From positions 1 to 62,431 of the forward strand of contig CAVRUV010000013.1 of NCBI GenBank assembly GCA_963724455.1: 62,431 nucleotides of DNA, in the 5' to 3' direction. Under the pieces are notes generated by a model. It made no database searches, had not been told where the DNA came from, and was given only the letters and a program-made list of their open reading frames with translations. Position numbers and translations under genes: made by a program. The stretch comes from an uncultured Candidatus Woesearchaeota archaeon. GTDB lineage: Archaea > Nanobdellota > Nanobdellia > Woesearchaeales > UBA525. Shown here in pieces: positions 37,913-45,774 of the stretch; positions within the stretch are counted from its first letter, which is position 1, and each line of letters begins with the position of its first letter.

Positions 37913-40306
37913 TCAATAACCAAATAATGTCTTTTGAGAATGACCCTGCATCAAATCATCAAATGACACATCATAAAAGCATAAAATTCCGTCAGCAATT
38001 GGACGTATCTGCTTTTCTATGTAATGATCATATTCTATTGGAGCAGGATTTTTTTGAGTCCTACGTAACTGCAAAGGATCTGGCCCGTCAAGAGTCATAA
38101 CATACTCAATAAGAGTGCTTGTAAGAGGAATGCCGGCTTCTTCTAATTTTCGCGCAGCTTTTACGTGCGGAGGAGTTGTTTTGGTATATCCTTCAAGCTC
38201 TTTTCTAATTGCCTTTCTATACACAAGTTTATTATCGAGTTTTCCATCTTTAAGATCTTTGATGAATTCCTTCACATATTCTGCCGGATCTTTTTTTGCA
38301 AAGACCAGCTCGAGCATTTTCTGCTGGAACCCTTTAGCAAGATCTGTCCAATCTCGACGCACCATCTCAAGACCGGTAACATCAAGAGTCTCTTCACCCT
38401 TTTCGTTTAACAAAATTCCTGCATAGCGTTTCTTTGCACCTTCCTCGCTACCACGCACTCTAGGCATAATAAAATGTACAAATATCTTGTCGACTTCTAA
38501 TTGCATGAAACTTTTTGCACGATATTCGTCTCGAATATGTTTTTCGTAGAACACATTTATGCTGTGCTCAATTTTCTTGCTCAACTCGTCTGCTTGCGCA
38601 TAACTCTTGCATTTTGCATCAATGAACACTGAATCAGTATCTCCGTAGATAACTGTGTAACCCATCTCTCCTATTTTTTGCATAGTGAGCTGTATAAGAT
38701 GGCGGCCGAATCCAGTTATTGCATTAGCAACATCCATCGAGAAGAATCTGCAGTTTGCATTCGCCAGCACTCCGAAAAAACTATTCATGTGCACTTTAAT
38801 TGCAAAGCTTGCAAGATTGTCTTTTCGTTTTTTTGCTGCGTCACGTGCAGCCCATAATCTCTCAATGATATCAGGGAGTATTCCTGCATCGTTTGAAAAA
38901 ACTGCCCCGTTAGGCGCCACGACCCATTTATCCTTATGATGTTCTGGATCTTTTGCATGTTTTCCCTTCGCGAAAGCAAGAGGATCTATATTGAATGTGC
39001 GAATGATGCTCGGGTATAGACTCTTAAAATCAAGAACAATAATATTCTCATAAATTCCGGGTTTGCTCTCCATCACATACCCACCACTAATACCTTCTTC
39101 TTTTTCAGTATATTGCGATGATGATGCAACATAATTTCTTGCGCGTAATTCTCGCAAGTAAAGACTGTCAAAGCTTGCAACACTACCGCGTACACGTTCA
39201 AGGCTCATTCCTGTAAGCATGGTTCTGCTAACAGTAAGTTCTACAGCATTAGTTTTGTCGAGAATATTAAGGACTAGTTCTGCATCTTTAAGATTGTAAT
39301 CTACAAGCTTTTGCGGATGAAGCAAATATGCATTCTCAATTTCTTGTCCCTTATTTTCATCGCCGATCAATTTCTCATCGCCAAGCAATTCGTGCGCCGC
39401 CGTACCAAGCTTGTAATCATCGAGTTTGACGAAATTTGTTTTTAGAAGATGAATACCGTCGAGAATCTGCCTTCCTGGAAAATCTGCTTTGCTATCTTTA
39501 AGAAATGAACTTTCAATACGTAGAGCGCAATCCCAATCCTGCCTTGCCATTCTGAATGGTATTTTGTATTGTTCAAATTTCCTTTTTATATGCGCCAAAT
39601 CAAAATCTATAAGATTCCAGCCCGTAATAATATCGGGATCCAATTTTATTACTGTTGTTCTGAAATGTTCAAGAAGGGTTTTCTCGTCCAGAAATACTAT
39701 CGCACTTGTTAGTTGCATTTGTTTTTGTGTATGTTTTGCATTCTGAACGAACAACACTTCATTAATAGAATGTGCATCATCTCTACAAGAAAGGCTAATG
39801 CAAAACAAGTTTTTCCCATCCATACTAGTCTCAATATCAATTGAGAGCACTCGTAATTTAGGGTACCAATCAGATGCTGAAAGTTTCGGCTCAAGATATA
39901 CTCTACTAACATAAACATCAGTTGTGAATTCGCCAACGATTTCTATACTACGAAGGATATTCTGATCTAGTAAGAATCTTTGAGTCGGCCTAATATCCGC
40001 CTCGTAACTAGGTATTTTTTTTTCATCAAATGCTTTTTTCAATTCAGATGCATCTTTTGGAAGGTTGAAAATAACCTTGACCACAAGCTCGTCATTCATA
40101 TTCTTAAAAGGCGTTTTTTCTATTTTGAATGCAATATTCGTCGATGCTTTTTCTGCGCCTTCAACATCTTCAGCACGAATAAGAAAATATGGATCAAACT
40201 GATTAATTGTCAAAAACGACTCGCCATTCTCTAATCTTCCAAAAAAGTACAAATAGGCCTTGCCACCATCAATCCTATATGTTTCATCGACAATATAACC
40301 ACGCAT
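37913..40306 (-). CDS. polB: DNA polymerase, family B
   Basis: Exo I 'LSIDIET', Pol A 'DFKSLYPSIIRTFNI', 'KKRYAG', and Pol C 'YGDTDSVFI'; 797 aa with no intein-sized insert. Confidence 0.9.
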   Translation of the reverse strand: MRGYIVDETYRIDGGKAYLYFFGRLENGESFLTINQFDPYFLIRAEDVEGAEKASTNIAFKIEKTPFKNMNDELVVKVIFNLPKDASELKKAFDEKKIPSYEADIRPTQRFLLDQNILRSIEIVGEFTTDVYVSRVYLEPKLSASDWYPKLRVLSIDIETSMDGKNLFCISLSCRDDAHSINEVLFVQNAKHTQKQMQLTSAIVFLDEKTLLEHFRTTVIKLDPDIITGWNLIDFDLAHIKRKFEQYKIPFRMARQDWDCALRIESSFLKDSKADFPGRQILDGIHLLKTNFVKLDDYKLGTAAHELLGDEKLIGDENKGQEIENAYLLHPQKLVDYNLKDAELVLNILDKTNAVELTVSRTMLTGMSLERVRGSVASFDSLYLRELRARNYVASSSQYTEKEEGISGGYVMESKPGIYENIIVLDFKSLYPSIIRTFNIDPLAFAKGKHAKDPEHHKDKWVVAPNGAVFSNDAGILPDIIERLWAARDAAKKRKDNLASFAIKVHMNSFFGVLANANCRFFSMDVANAITGFGRHLIQLTMQKIGEMGYTVIYGDTDSVFIDAKCKSYAQADELSKKIEHSINVFYEKHIRDEYRAKSFMQLEVDKIFVHFIMPRVRGSEEGAKKRYAGILLNEKGEETLDVTGLEMVRRDWTDLAKGFQQKMLELVFAKKDPAEYVKEFIKDLKDGKLDNKLVYRKAIRKELEGYTKTTPPHVKAARKLEEAGIPLTSTLIEYVMTLDGPDPLQLRRTQKNPAPIEYDHYIEKQIRPIADGILCFYDVSFDDLMQGHSQKTLFGY

Positions 40307-40471
40307 GCAACTATGAATGTATTGCGATATATAAAAGGATTCTAAGACGACGATACTCCCAAAAAAAATAGTAAACCCCTAGTAAACACTCAATAAACAC
40401 CCAGTACAAGACTGGTAAAAACAGCGTACTTACATTAAGTGCGATAATCTATCCCTCAATCTTTAAATAAC

Positions 40472-40479
40472 CCCTATTC
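40472..40479 (+). promoter_or_regulatory. TATA-like box (TTTAAATA) upstream of ABCE1
   Basis: CTTTAAATAA lies about 20 nt before the ATG, implying a short leader or a leaderless mRNA. Confidence 0.35.
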
Positions 40480-40491
40480 CTCCATGGTGTT

Positions 40492-42243
40492 ATGACAAGA
40501 ATAGCAGTCGTTGAAAAGGATAAATGCAACCAAGAGCGTTGCGGCGGACTCTTGTGCGCCAAGGTGTGCCCTATCAATAAATCAGGTCAAGAGTGCGTCT
40601 ATGAAGGCGACGATAAAAAAGCTCGAATCGATGAACTCACCTGCATCGGCTGCAATATCTGCGTCAAGAAATGCCCTACAGATGCAATCAGCATCATCAA
40701 TTTGCCAGAAGCACTCAAAGAAGAGCCGATTCACCGTTATGGCGACAACCAATTTGCACTCTATAATATTCCAGTGCCGTTATTTGGTAAAGTAGTAGGT
40801 CTCGTCGGAAGAAACGGCATTGGTAAATCTACTGCAGTAAAGATTCTAGCAGGAGTGCTAAAACCAAACCTTGGGAAGATTGGACAAAAAGTAGAAATAG
40901 ACACTCTTATTCAAAGATTCAAAGGCAGCGAAGCGCAAGCATTCTTCGAAAAACTCAAAGGCGGCCAGATTAAGATTGCATACAAGCCGCAGATGATAGA
41001 ACAAATTTCTAAAGCATTCAGGGGAACTGTCGGCGATCTTTTACGCAAGACAAATGAGAAGGGAGATGTTGAACTTGCAAGAATCATGCAGATATTGGAT
41101 CTTACAAAAATAATGGATCGCGATATCACTGTAATTTCAGGTGGAGAACTTCAAAGAACAGCAATTGCAGCAACAGTGCTAAAAGACGCAAATGTATATT
41201 TCTTTGACGAGCCGACAAGCTATCTTGATATCAAGCAGCGCTTGCGCGTAGCTGCATTCATCAAATCGCTTGCAACGCCGCAGACTGCTGTAATGGTAAT
41301 CGAGCACGATTTGATCATTCTAGATTACTTAACTGACCTCGTGCATATTATCTATGGTAAAGAGAATGTATATGGTATTGTAAGCCAACCAAAGATGAGT
41401 AAATCAGGAATCAATACGTATCTATCAGGATATTTACGCGATGAAAATATCAGGTTCCGCGATCATGAAATAATGTTTAGTTCAAAGCCGCCGTTTGATA
41501 TTACTCGCGATACAAAACTCATTGCTTGGCCCGCAATTGACATCATGCAAGGAACATTCCATCTTGTTGCAAAATCCGGCGACATCTACAAGCACGATAT
41601 CATCGGTATTCTCGGAGAAAACGGTACTGGTAAGACGACATTCATCAAACATTTGTCACAGATTCAAGCAACAACAAACGCTGGAGAACTAAGAATATCA
41701 TACAAGCCACAGCAGATTATTGCTACTGATGAACTTGTTTCTGATGTGCTTGCAATGGCAATGCAATATGAATTTCAATTATTAAAGCCACTCGATTTAT
41801 ACCCGCTTTTTGAAAAACCGCTTTCTGAATTATCAGGCGGACAATTGCAAAGAGTAATTATTGCAGCAGCGCTTGCGGCAGAAGCCGATTTGTATCTTCT
41901 AGACGAGCCATCGGCATATCTCGACGTAGAACAGCGCCTCATCATGAGCAAGGTCATTCGCGATATGATGGATGCAAAAGGAAAAGCAGCGCTAATTATC
42001 GATCACGATTTGTTGTTTATTGATTATATTAGCCAGAAGATTGCAGTCTTTGATGGTGTACCCGCACACTCTGGAAGCGTGCACGGCCCTATGAGTATGG
42101 AATCTGGCATGAACATGTTCCTAAAGGATTTGGGCATCACTTTCCGTCGTGATGAGGAGAATCATCGCCCTCGCGCAAACAAGCTTGAATCGCAAATGGA
42201 TCGCGAACAGAAATCATCGGGAAAACTGTATTACACAGGATAG
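40492..42243 (+). CDS. ABCE1 / RNase L inhibitor-type ribosome recycling factor
   Basis: N-terminal 2x[4Fe-4S] region (CGGLLCAKVCP, CIGCNICVKKCP). Two NBDs (GRNGIGKST/LSGGELQR and GENGTGKTT/LSGGQLQR). Confidence 0.9.
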   Translation: MTRIAVVEKDKCNQERCGGLLCAKVCPINKSGQECVYEGDDKKARIDELTCIGCNICVKKCPTDAISIINLPEALKEEPIHRYGDNQFALYNIPVPLFGKVVGLVGRNGIGKSTAVKILAGVLKPNLGKIGQKVEIDTLIQRFKGSEAQAFFEKLKGGQIKIAYKPQMIEQISKAFRGTVGDLLRKTNEKGDVELARIMQILDLTKIMDRDITVISGGELQRTAIAATVLKDANVYFFDEPTSYLDIKQRLRVAAFIKSLATPQTAVMVIEHDLIILDYLTDLVHIIYGKENVYGIVSQPKMSKSGINTYLSGYLRDENIRFRDHEIMFSSKPPFDITRDTKLIAWPAIDIMQGTFHLVAKSGDIYKHDIIGILGENGTGKTTFIKHLSQIQATTNAGELRISYKPQQIIATDELVSDVLAMAMQYEFQLLKPLDLYPLFEKPLSELSGGQLQRVIIAAALAAEADLYLLDEPSAYLDVEQRLIMSKVIRDMMDAKGKAALIIDHDLLFIDYISQKIAVFDGVPAHSGSVHGPMSMESGMNMFLKDLGITFRRDEENHRPRANKLESQMDREQKSSGKLYYTG

Positions 42244-42286
42244 ATAATTAACAAGAAGTAAATAGATATTTCGTTTAACAAGAATA

Positions 42287-42379
42287 AACGCCACCTTGAA
42301 GCACGCCAGAAATTCGAGCGATTCATGCAGCTCGAATTTCATAAAACTTGTCGGCGACAATAAAAACTTCGTGGCGTTT
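42287..42379 (+). ncRNA. Structured repeat family, copy B
   Basis: AAACGCCAC-CTT-GAAG ... CTTC-GTGGCGTTT. Hairpin GAAATTCGAGC / GCTCGAATTTC capped by GATTCATGCA. Starts 43 nt after the ABCE1 stop and ends 13 nt before the next ATG. Confidence 0.6.
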
Positions 42380-42392
42380 GGAAAAGCTGTAA

Positions 42393-43181
42393 ATGACAAA
42401 ACAAAAACATAAACTTGCGCCTGAAGGCAAAACTGATTCTTCAAAGAAATTCAAAATACCATTCATCATCTCTAGACCAAAACCAATAGTTCCAAGACGA
42501 CTTGTTGCTATCTTTACAATATTTCTTACAATCATAATTTTCTACGGCGCAATTACTGCAGTGATGCACCAACAATCACTCTACAAACACATCACTCAAC
42601 CTGCTGAGCAATTGCAGAATAAACAAATCATAGGATATCTTGACAGCCCAATCTTTTCAACAAATAACCTTGATTTCTTGACGGCAGAAGAAAAAGCACA
42701 CATGAGTGATGTAAAATCTCGTCTTGACATACTATTTATTATGTATTTAGTAAGTCTTGGGATAACAATAGGCATCATCGCAGTATTTTTTGTGCAAAAA
42801 TTATGGGCAAGATTCGATGAACTTCTTATGCGCACAATGCGCGCTGTCGGTTGGACGCTACTAGGTATCTGCTTCTTTTTTGGTGCAGCAGCACTCCTTA
42901 GCTTTACAAAACTCTGGTATTTAATCCACGGAGTACTATTCCCCTCAGGAAACTGGATGTTTGCATACAATAGCGCGTTGATTACTCTCTATCCGCAATC
43001 ATTCTTCACGCAATTTGTTGTAAGAATACTACTATTATTGTCCGCGACAGGACTAATCTTTATTCTTATTTCTTGGTTTATGATGAGAATGCGCATTGCC
43101 GACCATCAATTCTCAGAAGTGCATGAGAAGAAAATGCAACGCGCTCAAGAAGAGTTTAAAGAAAAGATAAAGAAAAAATGA
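42393..43181 (+). CDS. Integral membrane protein (possibly DUF1461/TIGR01906-like)
   Basis: 262-aa ORF with an N-terminal TM, an extracytoplasmic segment, 3-4 further TMs and a charged tail. Confidence 0.45.
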   Translation: MTKQKHKLAPEGKTDSSKKFKIPFIISRPKPIVPRRLVAIFTIFLTIIIFYGAITAVMHQQSLYKHITQPAEQLQNKQIIGYLDSPIFSTNNLDFLTAEEKAHMSDVKSRLDILFIMYLVSLGITIGIIAVFFVQKLWARFDELLMRTMRAVGWTLLGICFFFGAAALLSFTKLWYLIHGVLFPSGNWMFAYNSALITLYPQSFFTQFVVRILLLLSATGLIFILISWFMMRMRIADHQFSEVHEKKMQRAQEEFKEKIKKK

Positions 43182-43199
43182 GAAAAAATACGAATCTAA

Positions 43200-43673
43200 T
43201 TATCCATCACAAGGCAATGGAATATGCCAATATTGAACACGATATATAAAATTTTTTGTTGGATCCGCATTTTTATTTTTTTGATTAGGAACTTTTTCTA
43301 CGCTAAAATATTCGAGAGGCGCGTAGTTTACATCTTTAGTAGCAAGAAGCTCAGCAAGAACAGTATTTGCGTCAACCAAATGTTCAGCCATATTCAACTT
43401 GCGCAATATACCAGTCATATTATCATGATCAAAATATACTTCAGTCCTATTGAAGAGATTCATCCCGAATGTTTTTCGCAAGAATCTGCGCTTACCGTAA
43501 GCTAATTGTTCTTTAGCTAATTGTTCTTCAGCTAATTTCTCAGAGAATACCCATGATGAAAAATTCTGTCCTTGGGCAGCTCGTCTGAAATAACTATCAA
43601 GAACAGGACTTTGTTTTGGAAAAACTGATCTTTGTTTATTTTCAATTTGTTCATCTAAACTCATAATTATCAC
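43200..43673 (-). CDS. Hypothetical protein
   Basis: 157-aa ORF with no recognised motif. Confidence 0.4.
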   Translation of the reverse strand: MIIMSLDEQIENKQRSVFPKQSPVLDSYFRRAAQGQNFSSWVFSEKLAEEQLAKEQLAYGKRRFLRKTFGMNLFNRTEVYFDHDNMTGILRKLNMAEHLVDANTVLAELLATKDVNYAPLEYFSVEKVPNQKNKNADPTKNFIYRVQYWHIPLPCDG

Positions 43674-43878
43674 CGTAATATTTGTAAAATATAATAATTA
43701 ACTACTAGATAGTAACTATTATTTATATACATTTCTATAATTCATTTAGTTTCGTCAATAAAAATTCAAAATAATCCTTTAAAATCCTTGATTAAAAGCA
43801 CTCAAGCAGTCTATCGACGGCAACCCGTTACAGCAACCTTTATAAAAGCTCGATTAATCCTTGTAGCTAGGTGTATAT

Positions 43879-44280
43879 ATGGGAGATTTCACACTAAAAA
43901 ACGCAGGTTCGCTCCAGAAGGGCAACTATGTTATCATCGATGACGTCGCATGCATAGTCAGCAGCGTCGATATTAGTAAGCCAGGAAAGCACGGTTCTAC
44001 AAAGGCGCGTGTTGAAGCAGCAGGCATGATTGATGGCAGAAAAAGAACATTATTAGGCCCTGCTTCAGAAAACGTCCAAGTACCAATGATTGGCAAGAAG
44101 AACGCTCAAGTCCTCAGTGTTGTAGGAACTACTGCAAACGTTATGGATATGGAAACATACGAAACATACGATTTGAAGATTCCGGCTGAACTCGATGGGC
44201 AAGTTGTTGCTGGCTGTGTTGTACTCTACTGGCAGATACTTGATGACAGAATTGTCAAGCAAGTAATGAAACAATCTTAA
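43879..44280 (+). CDS. Translation initiation factor 5A (aIF5A)
   Basis: Hypusine loop 'SKPGKHGSTKARV'. SD GGTG lies 7 nt upstream, and TTTATAAAA box at about 43838-43846. Confidence 0.9.
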   Translation: MGDFTLKNAGSLQKGNYVIIDDVACIVSSVDISKPGKHGSTKARVEAAGMIDGRKRTLLGPASENVQVPMIGKKNAQVLSVVGTTANVMDMETYETYDLKIPAELDGQVVAGCVVLYWQILDDRIVKQVMKQS

Positions 44281-44292
44281 ATGTGATCAACT

Positions 44293-44454
44293 ATGGCAAA
44301 ATTCCCAGAAGCAAACGCACGCAAATTCAAGGATGTATTCGTCTGCAGACGCTGCAAGAGCAAGCTCAAAGCACCAGTTTTGAAAGTTCTAGCCGGCAAG
44401 ATTTCATGTAGAAGCTGCTCGACAAAAAAGCTCAGAATCAAGCGTAAGAAGTAA
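44293..44454 (+). CDS. rpl40e: Ribosomal protein L40e
   Basis: Own translation (53 aa, below the track cutoff): MAKFPEANARKFKDVFVCRRCKSKLKAPVLKVLAGKISCRSCSTKKLRIKRKK*. 'FPEA..R' plus the CxxC...CxxC zinc ribbon are typical of archaeal L40e. Confidence 0.8.
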   Translation: MAKFPEANARKFKDVFVCRRCKSKLKAPVLKVLAGKISCRSCSTKKLRIKRKK

Positions 44455-44518
44455 GATTGTTTTCTTTTTTATTTTTACATATATTTTCTTAATTAAAAAA
44501 TAATATTCATAAGACATA

Positions 44519-44613
44519 GTGCTGCCTTGAAGTAAAATCAGGAGAAGGTCTGATTCATGCAAGACCTTCGACGTAAAACCTCGGACCGGAGGGAGAGAAA
44601 TTCTTCGCAGCAC
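44519..44613 (+). ncRNA. Structured repeat family, copy F
   Basis: GTGCTGC-CTT-GAAG ... CTTC-GCAGCAC. Hairpin GAAGGTCT / AGACCTTC capped by GATTCATGCA, then CGTAAAACCTCGGACCGGAGGGAG. Confidence 0.6.
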
Positions 44614-44674
44614 CGTAGCACGAAGTGAAATTAAGATTACAAAATTTAATAAACTAAATTATAAAATCAAACAC

Positions 44675-44905
44675 GTGGTTAAAAAGATAAAACAAGTACC
44701 AGTCTGGCATTATTTATTAGTTCTATTAGCATGGTGGATATTTGAAATAATTATTGGTATCACATTTTATCTATTAAATGCAAAAGAAAAATTCGGTAGT
44801 GCATACAAAATGATAAGCATCATCGTATTACTCATAAGCATAATTCTATTAATAGCACTAATAATATGGGTAACAGAAAGAAAAACCAAAACTAGTAAAT
44901 CCTAA
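44675..44905 (+). CDS. Small two-TM membrane protein
   Basis: 76-aa ORF (GTG start) with two hydrophobic helices. Confidence 0.35.
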   Translation: MVKKIKQVPVWHYLLVLLAWWIFEIIIGITFYLLNAKEKFGSAYKMISIIVLLISIILLIALIIWVTERKTKTSKS

Positions 44906-44982
44906 CTAACTATTTTCTAGACAAATCATCCACTGGTCAGACCCGCGTCAAGAATATAAATCGACGAGAAATTCTTATTATT

Positions 44983-45176
44983 GGAAGAAGGTAGGACCTA
45001 GAGCTCCGTAAGGGACTGGGTCCCAACTTGCCTGAAATTCTTCTAAAAAAAGAACGGAAAGCAAGAAAGTCGCTCCACGACTGATGGGTTCGATTCCGAG
45101 AATTCGCCATATGCTGCGAATTCTGGAACTAGAATTCTTCGAATTCTAATTTCCCATACGGAGCGCACCTTCTTCC
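44983..45176 (+). ncRNA. Unassigned ~194-nt multi-helix RNA candidate
   Basis: 10-bp closing helix GGAAGAAGGT/ACCTTCTTCC. 12-bp helix GCTCCGTAAGGGA/TCCCATACGGAGC. At least 4 internal hairpins. T-loop-like GGGTTCGATTCC. ATATAAAT box about 25-30 nt upstream. GC-rich relative to the flanks. Confidence 0.45.
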
Positions 45177-45339
45177 ATCTATTTAAACTTTGTGCGCAAA
45201 TGACTTATGAAATGAATAATTGAACAAATAACTTAAACTATCACTAAAATAATAAATCCTAACGACCAGTTCTGAGAAAATTACGACAATTACAACAAAT
45301 CTGACAAACCCATATAAACCAACAAACAAAAGCCACGAT

Positions 45340-45663
45340 ATGCCCCTAACTCCAGTACATCTAGCAATAACCATTGGAGGATATTATTTTATTAGTTTAA
45401 TTTTTCCAATTGATTTCACTCTTGCAAACTGCTTGCTTCTTGCATCGGCAGAATTAATTGATTTAGACCATTTATTTGCTAAACCAATCTATGTCAAGAA
45501 ACGAAATTCATTCAAAACCCACTTCTTGCATAAGCAATGGATTATTGTGAGCCTAATTGCACTATTTTTGATATTTACACCTTTAATATTCTTAGGATTA
45601 GGAATTCTACTACACTTTGTCGCAGATTATCTACATATGAAATATTGGTTGAAAATTGACTAA
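45340..45663 (+). CDS. Small membrane protein (possibly DUF457/YdjM-like)
   Basis: 107-aa ORF with 3 TM segments and a conserved-looking 'DLDHL'. Confidence 0.35.
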   Translation: MPLTPVHLAITIGGYYFISLIFPIDFTLANCLLLASAELIDLDHLFAKPIYVKKRNSFKTHFLHKQWIIVSLIALFLIFTPLIFLGLGILLHFVADYLHMKYWLKID

Positions 45664-45774
45664 AAAAATAAATTAGTTATCTATGAGTAGTCATACAAAG
45701 AATGCTTATATACTGCGCAGACTTCCTACTGCTGTAATCATTGAAAAGAGTTATCTTAAAAAAAAGATGAAACA

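Noticed and set aside
40306-40492. A replication origin between divergent polB and ABCE1 (TAAACAC-like repeats)
   Set aside because: There are only two or three short degenerate repeats, no long AT-rich unwinding element and no orc1/cdc6 nearby, so the evidence is insufficient.
44404-44613. 69-aa minus-strand ORF
   Set aside because: It overlaps the 3' end of the L40e gene and runs exactly through element copy F, so it is a shadow ORF.
45060-45112. A tRNA or tRNA half suggested by GGGTTCGATTCC...GCCA
   Set aside because: The flanks of the TTCGATT loop give only 2-3 base pairs (ATGGG versus CCGAG). No acceptor, D or anticodon arms can be drawn. It is treated as a T-loop-like motif inside the larger RNA candidate.
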